A stretch of DNA of 34,541 bases from Macrostomum lignano (taxonomy: Eukaryota): contig NIVC01000569.1 in assembly GCA_002269645.1 (NCBI GenBank), forward strand, positions 1-34,541, given 5' to 3'. The notes under the pieces are model-generated. The model had not been told where the DNA came from, ran no database searches, and worked only from the letters and a program-made list of their open reading frames with translations. Made by a program: the position numbers and the translations under genes. Positions 11,751 to 23,858 of the stretch are shown piece by piece. Each line of letters starts with the position of its first letter. The first letter of the stretch is position 1.

Positions 11751-11924
11751 CAATTCATGTTCTCCAATCGACAAGAGATAGCCCTGATGCGAACAGACTG
11801 GAATGCTAATGTAGCGACCTGGGTTCGAAACTTAGTAGTGCAAAATAATTTTTATATTTAAACATCTTAAAAACAAAATGCTAAACATAAAAGAAGCACA
11901 ACAAAAGTGGCACCATTTCAAACA

Positions 11925-12362
11925 TTAAAGGCCACCATGTCAAACATATATGTGATTCCATGTCGAACATTAAAGAGCCACCATGTCGAACATTAAAGAG
12001 CCACCATGTCGAACATTAAAAAGCCATCATTACAGACATTAAGGTGCCACCAGGTCAAACATTAAAGAGCCACCATGTCGAACATAAAAGAGCCACTATG
12101 TCAAACATCAACGAGTCACCATGTCAAGCGTATACATGACTCCATTTCAGACATTAAAGTGCCACCATGCCAAACATTAAAGAGCCACCATGTCAAGCGT
12201 ATAAGTGACTCCATGTCAGACATTAAAGAGCCATCATTGCAGACATTAAAATGCCACCAGGTCAAACATTAAAAAGCCACCATGTCAAATATAAAAGAGC
12301 CACCATGTCAAAAATTAAAGAGCCACCATGTCAAACACAAAACAGCTACCATGTCAAACATA
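11925..12362. repeat. Diverged ~22-bp minisatellite (TAAAGAGCCACCATGTCAAACA)
   Basis: Direct reading. Confidence 0.85.
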
Positions 12363-12365
12363 AAT

Positions 12366-13020
12366 GGGGTGCCTACTATCTTGGAGTGCTTGCTACCTGG
12401 AGATGCGTGCTATCTGGGGGTGCTTGCTATCTGGGGGTGCTTGCTATCTGGGGGTGCTTGCTATCTGGGGGTGCTTGCTATCTGGGGGTGCTTGCTATTA
12501 GGTGGATGCTTGCTATCTGGGGTGCCTGCTATCTTGGAGTGCTTGCTATCTGGAGATGCGTGCTATCTGGGGTTCTTGCTATCTGGGGGGGATGCTTGCT
12601 ATCTTGGGGGTTCTAGCTATCTGGGGGTGCTTGCTATTAGGTGGATGCTTGCTATCTGGGGTGCCTGCTATCTTGGAGTGCTTGCTATTAGGTGGATGCT
12701 TGCTATCTGGGGGTGCTTGCTATCTGGGGGGTACTTGCTATCTAAGGGTGCTTGCTATCTTGGGGTGCTTGCTATTAGGTGGATGCTTGCTATCTGGGGT
12801 GCCTGCTATCTTGGAGTGCTTGCTATTAGGTGGATGCTTGCTATCTGGGGGTGCTTGCTATCTGGGGGTGCTTGCTATCTAAGGGTGCTTGCTATCTTGG
12901 GGTGCTTGCTATTAGGTGGATGCTTGCTATCTGGGGTGCCTGCTATCTGGGGGTGCTTGCTATCTGGAGATGCTTGCTATCTGGGGGTGCTTGCTATCTG
13001 GGGGGTTGCTTGCTGTCCTG
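12366..13020. repeat. 17-bp minisatellite (GGGGGTGCTTGCTATCT)
   Basis: Direct reading. Confidence 0.95.
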
Positions 13021-13109
13021 GGATGTTTTCTTTTTGCATTGCACTTCATTTGAGCAGTTTTTCTATTGTCTATGTGAAGGCTTTTTTTGGCCGTCTTTTT
13101 GATACTTGT

Positions 13110-13405
13110 AGAGAGCCAGAAGGGCGAGAGGGGGGTAAGAGAAAAGATATAAGATAACAGGAGAGACGAGTGGGGTGAAGATGAGGAGAGAGCAGAGAAT
13201 ATGGGAGGAGGAAGCGAGAGGAAGGGAGACAGGAGGGAGAGGAAAGAGTAGAGGTGAGAAGAGGAAGAAAGAAGAGGGGAGAGATGAGACAGAGGATCGA
13301 TGAGAGAGGAGAGTAGAGAAGAGTGAGAAGAGAATAGAGAATAGAGAACAGAGAGGAGATAGGAGGGGAGAGAGGGAGAGAGGAGTGAGAAGAGAGGAGA
13401 TAAGA

Positions 13406-13477
<72 letters not shown>

Positions 13478-14196
13478 GAGAAAGAAGAGAGGAGAAAGGA
13501 GAAATGATAGAGTAAAGGGAAGAAGAGGAGAGAGGAAAGATGAGATTGTGGAGATGAGAGAGTAGAGATGAGAGATGAAGGAAGAGAGAGCAGAGTGCAA
13601 AGAGACAAGAGAAGAGAATAGAGGGGAGAGAGTATAGAAGAGGGAAGAGAAGAGGAGTAAGAAGAGAGGATTCAGTAGATGGGAAAGAGAAGAGTACACA
13701 GGAGAGTGGAGAGTAAAGATGACAGAAGAGAGAGGGGGTAGAGAGCAAAGATGAGAGTGAACGCGATATATGAGAGGAGAGAGGAGAGTGAAGAAAGAAG
13801 AGAGAAGACAAGAGAGGGAGAGAATAGAAGAGGGAAGAGAAGAGAAGGGAAAAAGGAGAAAGGAAAGAGAGGAGTCAAAAGAGGGGAAAGAGAAGAGTAC
13901 AGATAAGAGAGGTGAGAAAACATACGAGTATAAGTGAGTAAAGATGGCAGATGAGAGAGGGGGATGAGAGACCAGAGACGAGAGTGAACAGACGAGAGAT
14001 GGGAGAGTGAAAAGAAAAAAAGGATAGAAATAAGAGATGAGAGGTGAGACAAAGGGAGAGAGAAGTGAGTGAGGAGAGAGGAGGGGAGGGAGAAAACCGA
14101 GAGGACAGGGGAAAGAGGAGAAAGGATGAGAGAGGAGAGGAAACAGGGGAGAGATTAGAGGAGAAAGAGATATGGGACAGGAGAGAGCAGAGAGAT

Positions 14197-14279
<83 letters not shown>

Positions 14280-14580
14280 AGGAAAGAGAGAGGAGAAAAC
14301 ATGCAGAAAGAATGAGAAGAGAGAAGAGAGAAAAGATAAAAGAAGAGATAGATAAGAGAGCAAAGACAAGAGAGAAGAGAGGTGAGGGAAGAGACAATAG
14401 AAGAGAGGAGAGAGGAAAGAAGAGAAGAGATGAGAGGAGAGAGGAGAGAGTAGAGAGGAGGGAGGAGAGGAGGGATAAAAAAATAGAAGGAAGAGAGAAT
14501 AGACGAGAGAATAGGGGATAGAAGAGAGAGAGAGAGAGAGAAGAGACAGAGACAAGAGAGGGAGAGGAAACAGAAGAGAA
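13110..14580. repeat. ~1.5-kb polypurine low-complexity tract with embedded (GA)n runs
   Basis: Plus strand is overwhelmingly A/G. Near-pure (GA)n at ~13407-13475 and ~14200-14268. Confidence 0.95.
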
Positions 14581-15504
14581 GGTCGAAGTTTCTAAGAATC
14601 CAAGGGACATAAGGAGAGGCAGAGGCCAGAGTTTGCCTGTTCGCAGCACCCCAGCCAACAATATAAATGTTTGCCTCAAATCCTAATTTTTCACAAATGT
14701 ACTCTATTTTATGTTTAATTCTAACCTAACTATATATTAACGAGTTTTTGTTTGAGTTTGACCTCAGATTTTAGAATACGAGTACATGCAAAAATAGTTC
14801 CATGGATTGAAATTCCCCGGGTTCAAAATCCGCAGGTTTCAACAGCTTGTCTGAAACTAAAAATAGAGTAAATATATTAACTATAAAATAACTATAGTTC
14901 TATCACATAGGCAGTGAACTATCTCAACTGACAAATTGATCCTATTATGTAGGATTCTAAAATTTTAAAGATTTTAAAATATTTTGTAAAGGTTAAAAAA
15001 ACTTTGGAGTTTTTCAAATAGGTTTTTCTTACTAATCTACTATAAGTAAGCTTTTACAGAAATGTTATGCAAACAAATGTTTTTTTTGTCCCAAAAATTA
15101 TCAATCATGAAATAATTTATGCTTGGGTGCAAATATATAAATGCAAAATTGTTGTGTAGAAACCCATTCCTGATTTTTACTTGCTTACTTACTTTCTGTT
15201 AATCTCTTATTGGCAGACACCATATATACCATGTCTATTAAGCATATTAGCAAATAAAAATGAATGATAGAATATAAAAAAACAAATTTGCCTCCAAATA
15301 ACAAAAAATTGTCTTGAACTATAGTTTCTAACTCAAGTAAAATGACTTTAATGAAAGCTTAAACTTAAATGATCAATAATAAAATACATGTAGTAATCAG
15401 ATGTCTTATAGGCTAGAGCAATTTTTTTAATGATAATTTAATAGAAACACTAATTTAATTGTCTATAATTAGCATGTTTTTGCTTCTAAATAGAGAATAG
15501 TGCT

Positions 15505-16968
15505 TTGTTAGATTTTAGATTCAACTTGCAAAAAACAATTTTATACAACAAATTGAGTGCTCCAAGTGTCCAAGTGACTGTAGCGGCTGTTTCTGTCCCA
15601 GCCACTGCAGTAGCTGCTCTCATCTCAGCAACAGCTGATCCTGGCACTGTGGCTGCACCTACTGCTTCTAATCTAAGCAATGAATTAAGAATAAAGTAAT
15701 CTAATAATTTATTGAGGCACTCTTTTTAACTGACAATGCTATCTGCAGCCTTGTGCACGAACTTCAAGATGGCAAACTTGTTGATGACCCAAATTCTGGC
15801 ATTGATGATACACTGAGTAGTCAAAATGAGGAGGAAGTTGGCGATGAATGTAATGCTGCTAGTGCAGATAAAAAGGTGAAAAAGAGACATTTGTGCTATT
15901 TTTGTGGTGTCCTCTGTTCTTGTCCATGGGATCACTTGCTTTGTTACCACAAAAATGAGATTGCTGTTGCTGCAGCTGCTGCTCATCCAAAGGCTTCTCA
16001 AGAGTATAAGTGAGCCATGACCAAACTATATCTGCTAGGCAACTTTGAGCACAATATTCAAGTTTTATCAAAAACTAAACAAGGAGAGATTATTGTCATC
16101 TGAAACAAAGGTTCTACCAAAATATCTTTTAGCTATCTTCTATGCAAATTCTGCTTTGGCTTTTTTCATGCTTGTGAGCTGTACAAGCATTGCCAAAGAT
16201 GTAAATTTTGACCAGTAGACTATGAGGATAGCGTGAAAAAAGCAAAAGTTATTTGTGGTAGCTGGCAAAGCTCTAATTTCAGCAGCTCTACTTCCAAGCA
16301 AGTATCCAGTGGATTTTTTAGAAACCATTGAGCAAATGAAATGATGACAAAAAGGCCATTGCAAGAAATGATGTGGCTATTATGAATCAATCTGGGGCTC
16401 TCATTGTGGGAAGTGCACCTTGCCAGTAGAGGTTAAGTGAGTCTTTGCACTACTAGAATGCTAGAAATTGCTTGGTTTTTGAAAGAATTGCAAATTGTAA
16501 CAAGCAAGCCAAATCTTAGTCTACTAGCTGCTCTCGACACTAGATATTTTGACTTTCATGTCATTGCTACTTGGGAATATGTGTGGCTTTAAAAACTTGG
16601 CTGCTATACAAAATTAATGCTAAAGTTGGTATTCCAAGTCTTGCCCTAAAAATAGGGTATAGCCTAAAGTGTTGTATGGAGATCTGCATGGTAACAGCAT
16701 TGAAAACAGGCAATTAAATCTGCATCAAAACAATATAATATGTTATGGTTCACAACTCCTATTGTCATAATTTCATTGTCAGCTCTTTAGACTCTAAAAG
16801 TTAACAAGGGCTGCAGTTCCTAAGATCTTACCACTAACTACCAACCTAATGTTGTTGAACACCTACCTAAAAAAGAAATTGCATTGTTCTGATGCCACTA
16901 TTGCTAATAAAGAATGACAAGATCTATGAGGGTTGTCCCAAAAGTAGTGTTAATCTTAACTGTAGCTC
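15505..16968 (+). pseudogene. Decayed ORF of a Crypton-like tyrosine-recombinase DNA element (N-terminal Zn-binding and pre-integrase part)
   Basis: Ordered motifs across frames: KKRHLCYFCG..HLL..HKNE, LGNFEHNIQVL..GEIIV, YLLCKFCFGFF..ELYKHC, RMLEIAWFLKEL..FD, GIPSLALKIGYSLK (~16628), PKILPLTTNLMLLNTYL (~16819). I recognise this order from animal YR-element proteins (from memory, not searched). Many stops and frameshifts. Confidence 0.65.
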
Positions 16969-18437
16969 CCACAGCCAGGAAGACGGTAGAATCCTCGGAA
17001 TTTTCCGGCGCAAATCAGCAATTTGCCGGCGCACGGCGCACACTTCACTGCGCCGCGCGCATGGGCTCGGCGCATCGGCGCATGGCTCGGTGCATCGGTG
17101 CATGGCTCGGCGCATGGCGCACAAGGTACGTCAGTGTACGTGACAATATAATAATGAATAATAAAAAAACGTATATTAAATGTCAATCAATCAATAAAAT
17201 AAACGATAGTCGATACGATAGTTGTTATTTCCAATGTTGTTTCCCAGTGAAAAATGATTCATGGATTCCACGTGGGTTCCACGTGGCCATGTGGAATTTA
17301 AATGTTTCTTTATTTTTTGCAAATTATTAACTTAAAGATGACATAATGGTATGCAAAGTATTTTTTATGCATTATTTTTTTATTTTTACTGTCCTAATGT
17401 TGATGTGGATTTTACAAGGAATTCATGAGAAATAAGCGTATATTGATTCAACATGGAATCCACTTCGATAAAAAACTGTGATGCACCACATTCAGACATT
17501 TTTAGGAAATTACTATAATTATTTATTATATTTATATGTTTTTAAGTAAAAATTATTATCTTAAAGCTAAATTATAATCGGGAAATAAGACACTGTTTGT
17601 TAAAATAGACAAAATAGAAGTGAACAATAAAAAACGCTTCGTGCTTTTTAAAATTAAATTTATTTTATTTTATATTTGTCAATGTTTTGGTTCAAGGCCT
17701 TGAAAGATAAATTGCCTTGTTTATGGCTATTTAAGCACCTTAAAAATTTTAGTAGACCTAGCCTATAGGCAATAACTTATCAGGCCATAGGCCTAGCCTC
17801 CATGAGATTAGAAATTAGATAAATCAGTATTTTATCATAGATAGGCCTAATACTTTTGGTAAAATCCATGATAAATTTATTTAGGCCTAGGCCTCCAATT
17901 TCTAGGAATCCCATGGCCATGTCCATAGATTGGCTACTCATTTTCTTAACTTAAATAGGCCTTTAGAAGTTCATAATTTCCTCTTAGTCCTACCTATTAG
18001 TCCTATCTATTTATATGTATGCTTATTATGCGTATTTTAAGCTAGGCCTGCTATAACTATCAATTTAGGTCCTTCTATTTTAATTAAGATTAGGACTAGC
18101 TTGACTTTGTGAATTGTGACTAGTCAATCTAGTTAATATGTTAAAAATCAATTAATTTATGATTTTCTTCAAAAAAGTCTGTTAGCATCTTTTGGACTTG
18201 TTGCATTTTTAAAAACAATATTATTAATTATAATAAATAATTCTTTGCAATTACACTTGCAACTTGCTTTTGGCATAGCTAGCCTAGCAGATCCCTAAGG
18301 TTGCTATTAAAAATAAAGAATGATTATTGTAAATTTGATCTGATTTAGGCCAAGTCCAGAATTTAATTTTAAGCCATAGGGCATAGCTATTTAGGCTTAG
18401 GTTAGGCCTAATGTTTAATTATATTATTTTTTATTAG

Positions 18438-18784
18438 AGGCAGGGGGGTTGTGTGCACCCTGGCGCACTTTAAGAAACATAGGCACTCAACTGGCAAGAG
18501 GCATTGCTGCCCATTCCACCAACTCCCCTGAGCAGGCACACAAGTGTGCGGATATGTATGCAAGCACACTCACATAGGAATGTATAGCGGCCCTAGCTTT
18601 ATTTATCGTTAGGCATGTATACTTCACTTTGCCTTGGGGGGTTGGCTCTCAAGGCCATTAATTGCATGAGCAGAGAGCCAAGCTGAGATTCCAATTCAGC
18701 CCCAAATTAATATGATTGCACTTGGATTCGAGCTTGGGTTGCTGGCACACCAGAGCAGCTGCGCTACCACTTGGCTACGGCCCC
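18438..18784 (-). mobile_element. tRNA-derived SINE
   Basis: Head GGGGCCGTAGCCAAGTGGTAGCGCAGC...GCTCGAATCC, with an A box at 18767-18777 and a degenerate B box at 18724-18733. Its 3' part recurs at ~19196-19285. Confidence 0.7.
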
Positions 18785-19195
18785 CTTTTAATTATACTAG
18801 GCTAGCAAATATGAAAAACATGCATTGCTTTGCCTAAATACTTTATAGTCTAAAATCAATTTTAAAATAAAAAATTAAATTTATAGAAACATATATTAAT
18901 TATTTTTATACTTATTATTTTAATTTTATTAATTTTATTTTATTGATTGAATTAGGTAGGGTTTTCTTTTTTGCTAGAGACAAGGTGCAAAATCATACCC
19001 TATGCTCACTTTTAGGGTTTTATGATTTTAAGGCTTAGAATGCAATTTCTTTTTTTTCTTATAAAAAGGCAATGCAAATAAGGCTTCAACATAAAAATAG
19101 GTAATGAGATTGCACCTAAACTGTATCAACTTTTTAATTTCAGTTTTCAAGGTACAATTTTAAGATTTAGGGTGCACTTGACTTACTTGACTTAG

Positions 19196-19285
19196 CTGCA
19201 GGGGGCTCTGTGCATCCGGAAACAGCGAGGAGGCATTGCTGCCCATTTCGCTAACCCCTGGCAAAGGCATATGCACACTTTGCGC
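19196..19285 (-). mobile_element. 5'-truncated second copy of the SINE 3' region
   Basis: Shares CAGGGGG..TGTGCA and GAGGCATTGCTGCCCATT..CCCCTG..GGCA with 18440-18550. Confidence 0.55.
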
Positions 19286-21214
19286 TTAAAAAATAAACCT
19301 AGGACTTAGGCCTAGTTAATTTTAAAATAAACTTTATTAAGTATTCATCCTTAAATTAGTTTTATGAATTATATCAATATAATCTATCAATCTTAATTGG
19401 CAACAATTATTTTTCTATTTCATTTATGCCTAACATTACATGGCCCATCCTCAAACTTGGATGTCACCTTGGTCTTGCCTTTGAAGAAGCATGCAAAGCT
19501 ACTTGGAATTGGAATTTAATATCTCGAATGCTACCTTTTGTGAAGCAATGGTGAGTTTTAGTTATAAACTGATTTTTTTCTGTCATCAAAATCTGTTATA
19601 AGATCAAAATCTATCAAAATCTATTACAAAATCTGTTATCAATCTGTTATAAAATTCTGTAATTTAACCCCTTTCTTTTCTAAGGTTGCTCACCTGACCT
19701 GACGAAGCAGCATTCTGGCAATTGGCAGCAGCATGTTTCTGACTGTTCTAATTCTGGTGCATTATATTATTGTTAATTAATTAATGCTATTGACAATGTC
19801 AATTTCAAATTATATATTATATCATATGCGCAGCGCAACTCTAAAGATATCAATATCTACATCAGTGTGTTTATTCTTTGTGTGCTAGTGACTCACTACT
19901 GTACATAAATACACCTTACTTATTGATACATCCTTTTTGAATATATTTTTGTGCAGAAATATTTTTGGCTATAGCTAATGTTTTATCTGTGTTTCAGTTT
20001 CTTTTATATGGTATTGAGATCTGGGGTTTGTATGAAATTTTGAGATCTGGTATTATTTTGAGATTTAGGATGCAACAATTTATTATGGCAACCAGTATAA
20101 TGGCTGCTTACTCAATGACAATGTGGATTCTATGTGAAATACATAATTACTTCCATGTGGATCTTCCATGTGGAATCCATATCTTGATTCCACATGGATG
20201 GACGGAGACAAATGCACATATGGATTTCATATGAAAAATCCACATGGAATCCATATCATTTTTTTCACTGGGTTCTATTTCAAATTTCATTAATCGACTT
20301 AACAAACTTAACAAATTTGCGCCTTTCGCGGCTTTTGTTGCGTCTTTTTGCTTATATTTTGCAAATAGAAGCCATGATTGAACTGCTTGAACTTCCATTG
20401 TTATTGATTCAATTTAGATACTTAATACTTGATGGTGCTTTTTCAAGTGTATTTTTCTCGGCGCATGGCCGCACAAGTAATTTTTTTTTCTCGGCGCACG
20501 CGGCGCACAGCAAAAATTTTGATGGATGTTATTCCGGCGCACACGCTGCACCTTCCTGACCATGGTGTAGCTCTTGTTCTATAGCTTCTTGTGACTTAAA
20601 TTTTTATGAACTGATAGTGGCAATCTTTTCTATAAACTGCTTTTTGAATTTTCAAAATTGATACTAGAGAATACTAGAGAATAACAAAAGTTATGCCCAC
20701 AAAAGTAATAGTACTTATACCATACAGTTACATAAACTGTATTGAAATTTACAATAGTCTACTTCTGTACTCATTCATTAAGAAGGTATTGATAAATGTC
20801 TTGTTTAAGCAATACCAAGGCCCAATTGCAAAATGATGCTCACTTAACTAACTGAAAATTGTCTATAGACAACATAATGCATAGAAAAATAAAGCATTAA
20901 ATTCATTACTTTACTTGCAAACAGAAAAGCTTGCATTTTAAAATTTGTTCATGCTTTTATTGCCGATACTCAACAATACACATGGATATGCACTCACTTA
21001 TTGCTTAGCGAAATGCCATCTTCACTCTTTGGGGCACTGACCATAGTGCCTCAGAAATTCATGCAACTGTTGCACATCATTTGCATTAATTGATATATTT
21101 ATAGCGTTATAGGCCTATACATGTATACTTTGTACACATAAAAGTCTTACATGTATACTGCAGGCTGCTGAAGTATCTTAAGAAACATATATATATATAC
21201 AAATTGTACATGAA

Positions 21215-21411
21215 CAGGCGCCGCGGAACAGGGGGGCAGGGGGGGCAGCTGCCCCCCTTGACATTGAGTTGGGGGGCATTGCCCCCCCTCAAATACTGTT
21301 CAACAGCATAATTTTGCTCAAATTTTTGGTCATTGTCCAAGTCAGGGTCTGGGCTTGAGTTTCGGAAACTTGGTCCTGCCCCCCTGGCAAAAACTCATTC
21401 CGCAGCGCCTG
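21215..21411. mobile_element. 197-bp hAT-type MITE
   Basis: TIRs CAGGCGCCGCGGAA / CAGGCGCTGCGGAA (13/14). Exact 8-bp TSD TACATGAA at 21207-21214 and 21412-21419. Internal G/C-run hairpins. Confidence 0.9.
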
Positions 21412-22438
21412 TACATGAATAGTACATGTATATTATATATACATGACCTAGCTCTAAGTGACGTTTTAAGTGTTGGAATAGGGCCTACATTCTAAAAATG
21501 TGTCAATAAAAGTTAACTATTATAACAATTTTTTGATACTTTTATAAAACTTTTTGCAACATTTTAAGTGTTATAAAAAGTGTCAAAAGATGTGTTTTAA
21601 AATGTGTCAGTGAAAGTTATACAGGTATACTATACCACCCTGTCCCTATGAATTGAACTACATAAATGAGTTAACCTTAAGGGGCCTAACTTCTAGGTTT
21701 AGGCTACTCTCTCCCCCTAAAATGACAGTGACTATGGCCCTAATATTAGGATGCATTGGCCCTATTCTATAAAATTAAGTCATTAAATTAATGGAGTAAA
21801 AGTTCAATACTAAACTAGAAATAAATAAATAAGAAATTAGCATAATAGCATTGCTGTTAAAGTCCTTCTATGCTGTTAAAAGCTAAAAATATAGATTGTT
21901 TAATATCTTATTGATTTTTTCTAGCTATTTTGCACTGCACATCAAAGGGACAGCAGGCAATAGACCAAGACACAACGTCTGCCAGACAAATCTGTGTAGT
22001 TGGATTATTCATAGATGCATTATTTAGAGTGACGGCTCATTACTACTGGGACTAAAGTGATGATTTTAAAGTGAATAAAATTGACACGAAATTCACGATT
22101 GAAAACAAATAGTTCAGGTATCGCTTGTCACTGCCGCTCTACTGTTAATGATTTTTGCTAGTAACAGTTGCTGAAGTTATCCGGCCGTGCCGTGAGCTAT
22201 TGCGAAATTCACAAATTGCTTAAATTAAACCTGATTATTGTTGTGTCCTTTAAATTGATATCATATTTAACTACGAGAGCTAGTTTTTACAACAGTTATT
22301 TCGTTTAAATTTCAGAACCATATGATTTTAATTTATTTTTCATCATACCTTGATATAGCAAGCTTTGTTATACGGTTAAAAAAAGTCAGAGCTAGAACTT
22401 GGAATGCCCTTGGAGGCATCTTTACAACCACCCTTGCT

Positions 22439-22975
22439 GGGGCACGAAAAATGCCCGTAGACGAATTGCCCGTGGAGATTAGCCCGCCGAGATTTGCCTG
22501 TGGAGATTAGCCCGCCGAGAATTGCCCGCCGAGATTTGCCCGCAGTGCAGTTTGCCCGCAAGTGAATTGCCCGCAACGGCCGCGATAGCGAGCGAAAAAA
22601 AGAGCGAATGCTTTTTTCCTGCAGCGCATTTGGCCACGCGGCAGATTTTGTCTGCATTGCCTCCCCAATGCTTAGTAACTTTTAATAAAGAGATTTACCC
22701 GATCAAACGCTTTGATAGTAACTGCATATCAAATGCATATCTCTCTAGGGGGATGGGGGGTTGCAGACAGAATCTAGCTGATAAATGCGCTGCAGGAAAA
22801 AAGCACTGCGGGCAAACCTCAGCGGGAAAAAACTCGGCGGGCAAATCTCCACGGGCAATTCGCTCACGGGCAATTCGCTCACGGGCAAAATGCACTGCGG
22901 GCAAATATCGGCGGGCAATTCTCGGCGTGCAAATCTCCTGCGGGCAAATCTCGGCGGGCAATTCTCATGGACCCC
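22439..22975. mobile_element. Foldback-like palindromic element with modular arms
   Basis: The left arm has TTGCCCGC modules and the right arm GCGGGCAA modules. The inner TGCTTTTTTCCTGCAGCGCATTT..AGATTTTGTCTGCA is mirrored at ~22750-22810. GGGG/CCCC ends; no TSD found. Confidence 0.6.
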
Positions 22976-23823
22976 TTTTTGCTAAGGGTATTTGCGAGAC
23001 TCGTCACTGACTCAAAGTTAAAAAAATTAATGGGCAAAGAACTAGGAAGCTGTTGATTTGCAATGATGTCACGGGATGAACGATTGAATGATTTTGACCA
23101 AAAATGAAAGCTTTTCGCATTTTCGAAATTTTAATGTTTTTCCCTCCTAACCAAAGTTATCCATCATTTTACAGTTATAGCTACGCTACTAGCTAAAAAA
23201 TAGAAAAGTTATTTAAGACCACATACAACACTTATACGACATAATCAGAATAATAAATCCAGGTATTTAAGGATCAGTCAGGTGTATTATTTTATTAGCC
23301 AAGCGATAACGACATGTCTAAAACAAGAAACAGACAAAATTTTCAGGGTAAAGCAATCCACCTTTTATAAACGAGGACAAAACTGTTCATAACAAATGAC
23401 ACGTCACAATTATTGTATAGATTAGTGTAAAACTAATATTAACTAGCTTGTGCCCTGGAGCACAATTAGGAACAATGTGTGGTTGAGAAGCAGCAAAGCT
23501 GAAGAAACAAAGCAGACCTGAATAAAAAGAAACTTTGTTGTCGTTCATCTAATGACAGGTCCGTTAATTTATTAATAATAAATTGATTTAATCACTAAAC
23601 AAAATGGTAGGGGTTTGAAAACACAATCGAAGCTAAACCAGCTGCTGAAATACGTGCTGTTACTTTATTAGTCTACAATATCTACTTTGGGAATAAAGAG
23701 TAAAATGACTTTATTAATAAACCGTGAAACAACACGAGGGCTGTCAGATATTTGACAAAATTAATGTGGCGAAACAGACAGGACACAAAAACTGGAAATA
23801 AAATGGAAAGCCTGTGAAGAGAC

Positions 23824-23825
<2 letters not shown>

Positions 23826-23855
<30 letters not shown>
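23826..23855. repeat. (GA)n microsatellite
   Basis: Direct reading. Confidence 0.95.

Positions 23856-23858
<3 letters not shown>

Larger units (their letters stand above)
17243..20272. mobile_element. Nested 3.03-kb AT-rich TIR element with CCCAGTG termini and a 2-bp (TT) TSD; possibly CMC/EnSpm-like, non-autonomous
   Basis: Left CCCAGTGAAAAATGATTCATGGATTCCACGTGG vs right reverse complement CCCAGTGAAAAAAATGATATGGATTCCATGTGG. TT on both flanks. CCA(C/T)GTGG subterminal repeats at both ends. Confidence 0.75.
16969..20565. mobile_element. Non-autonomous DNA transposon (565 bp without its nested insert) with 14-bp TIRs and an 8-bp TSD
   Basis: Left end CCACAGCCAGGAAG vs reverse complement of right end CCATGGTCAGGAAG (11/14). 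Exact flanking duplication TGTAGCTC at 16961-16968 and 20566-20573. GGCGCA subterminal motif clusters at both ends. Confidence 0.85.

Noticed and set aside
11790-11845. B-box-like GGGTTCGAAAC suggesting a tRNA
   Set aside because: No acceptor stem or clear A box; at most a SINE relic.
12075-14679. Many L/S-rich, R/E-rich and GACYLGVLAIW ORFs
   Set aside because: Translations of the 22-bp, 17-bp and GA-rich repeats; not genes.
20574-21200. Possible continuation of the tyrosine-recombinase ORF after the MITE
   Set aside because: Could not find the expected RRRxGE or later catalytic motifs in the stretches I translated.
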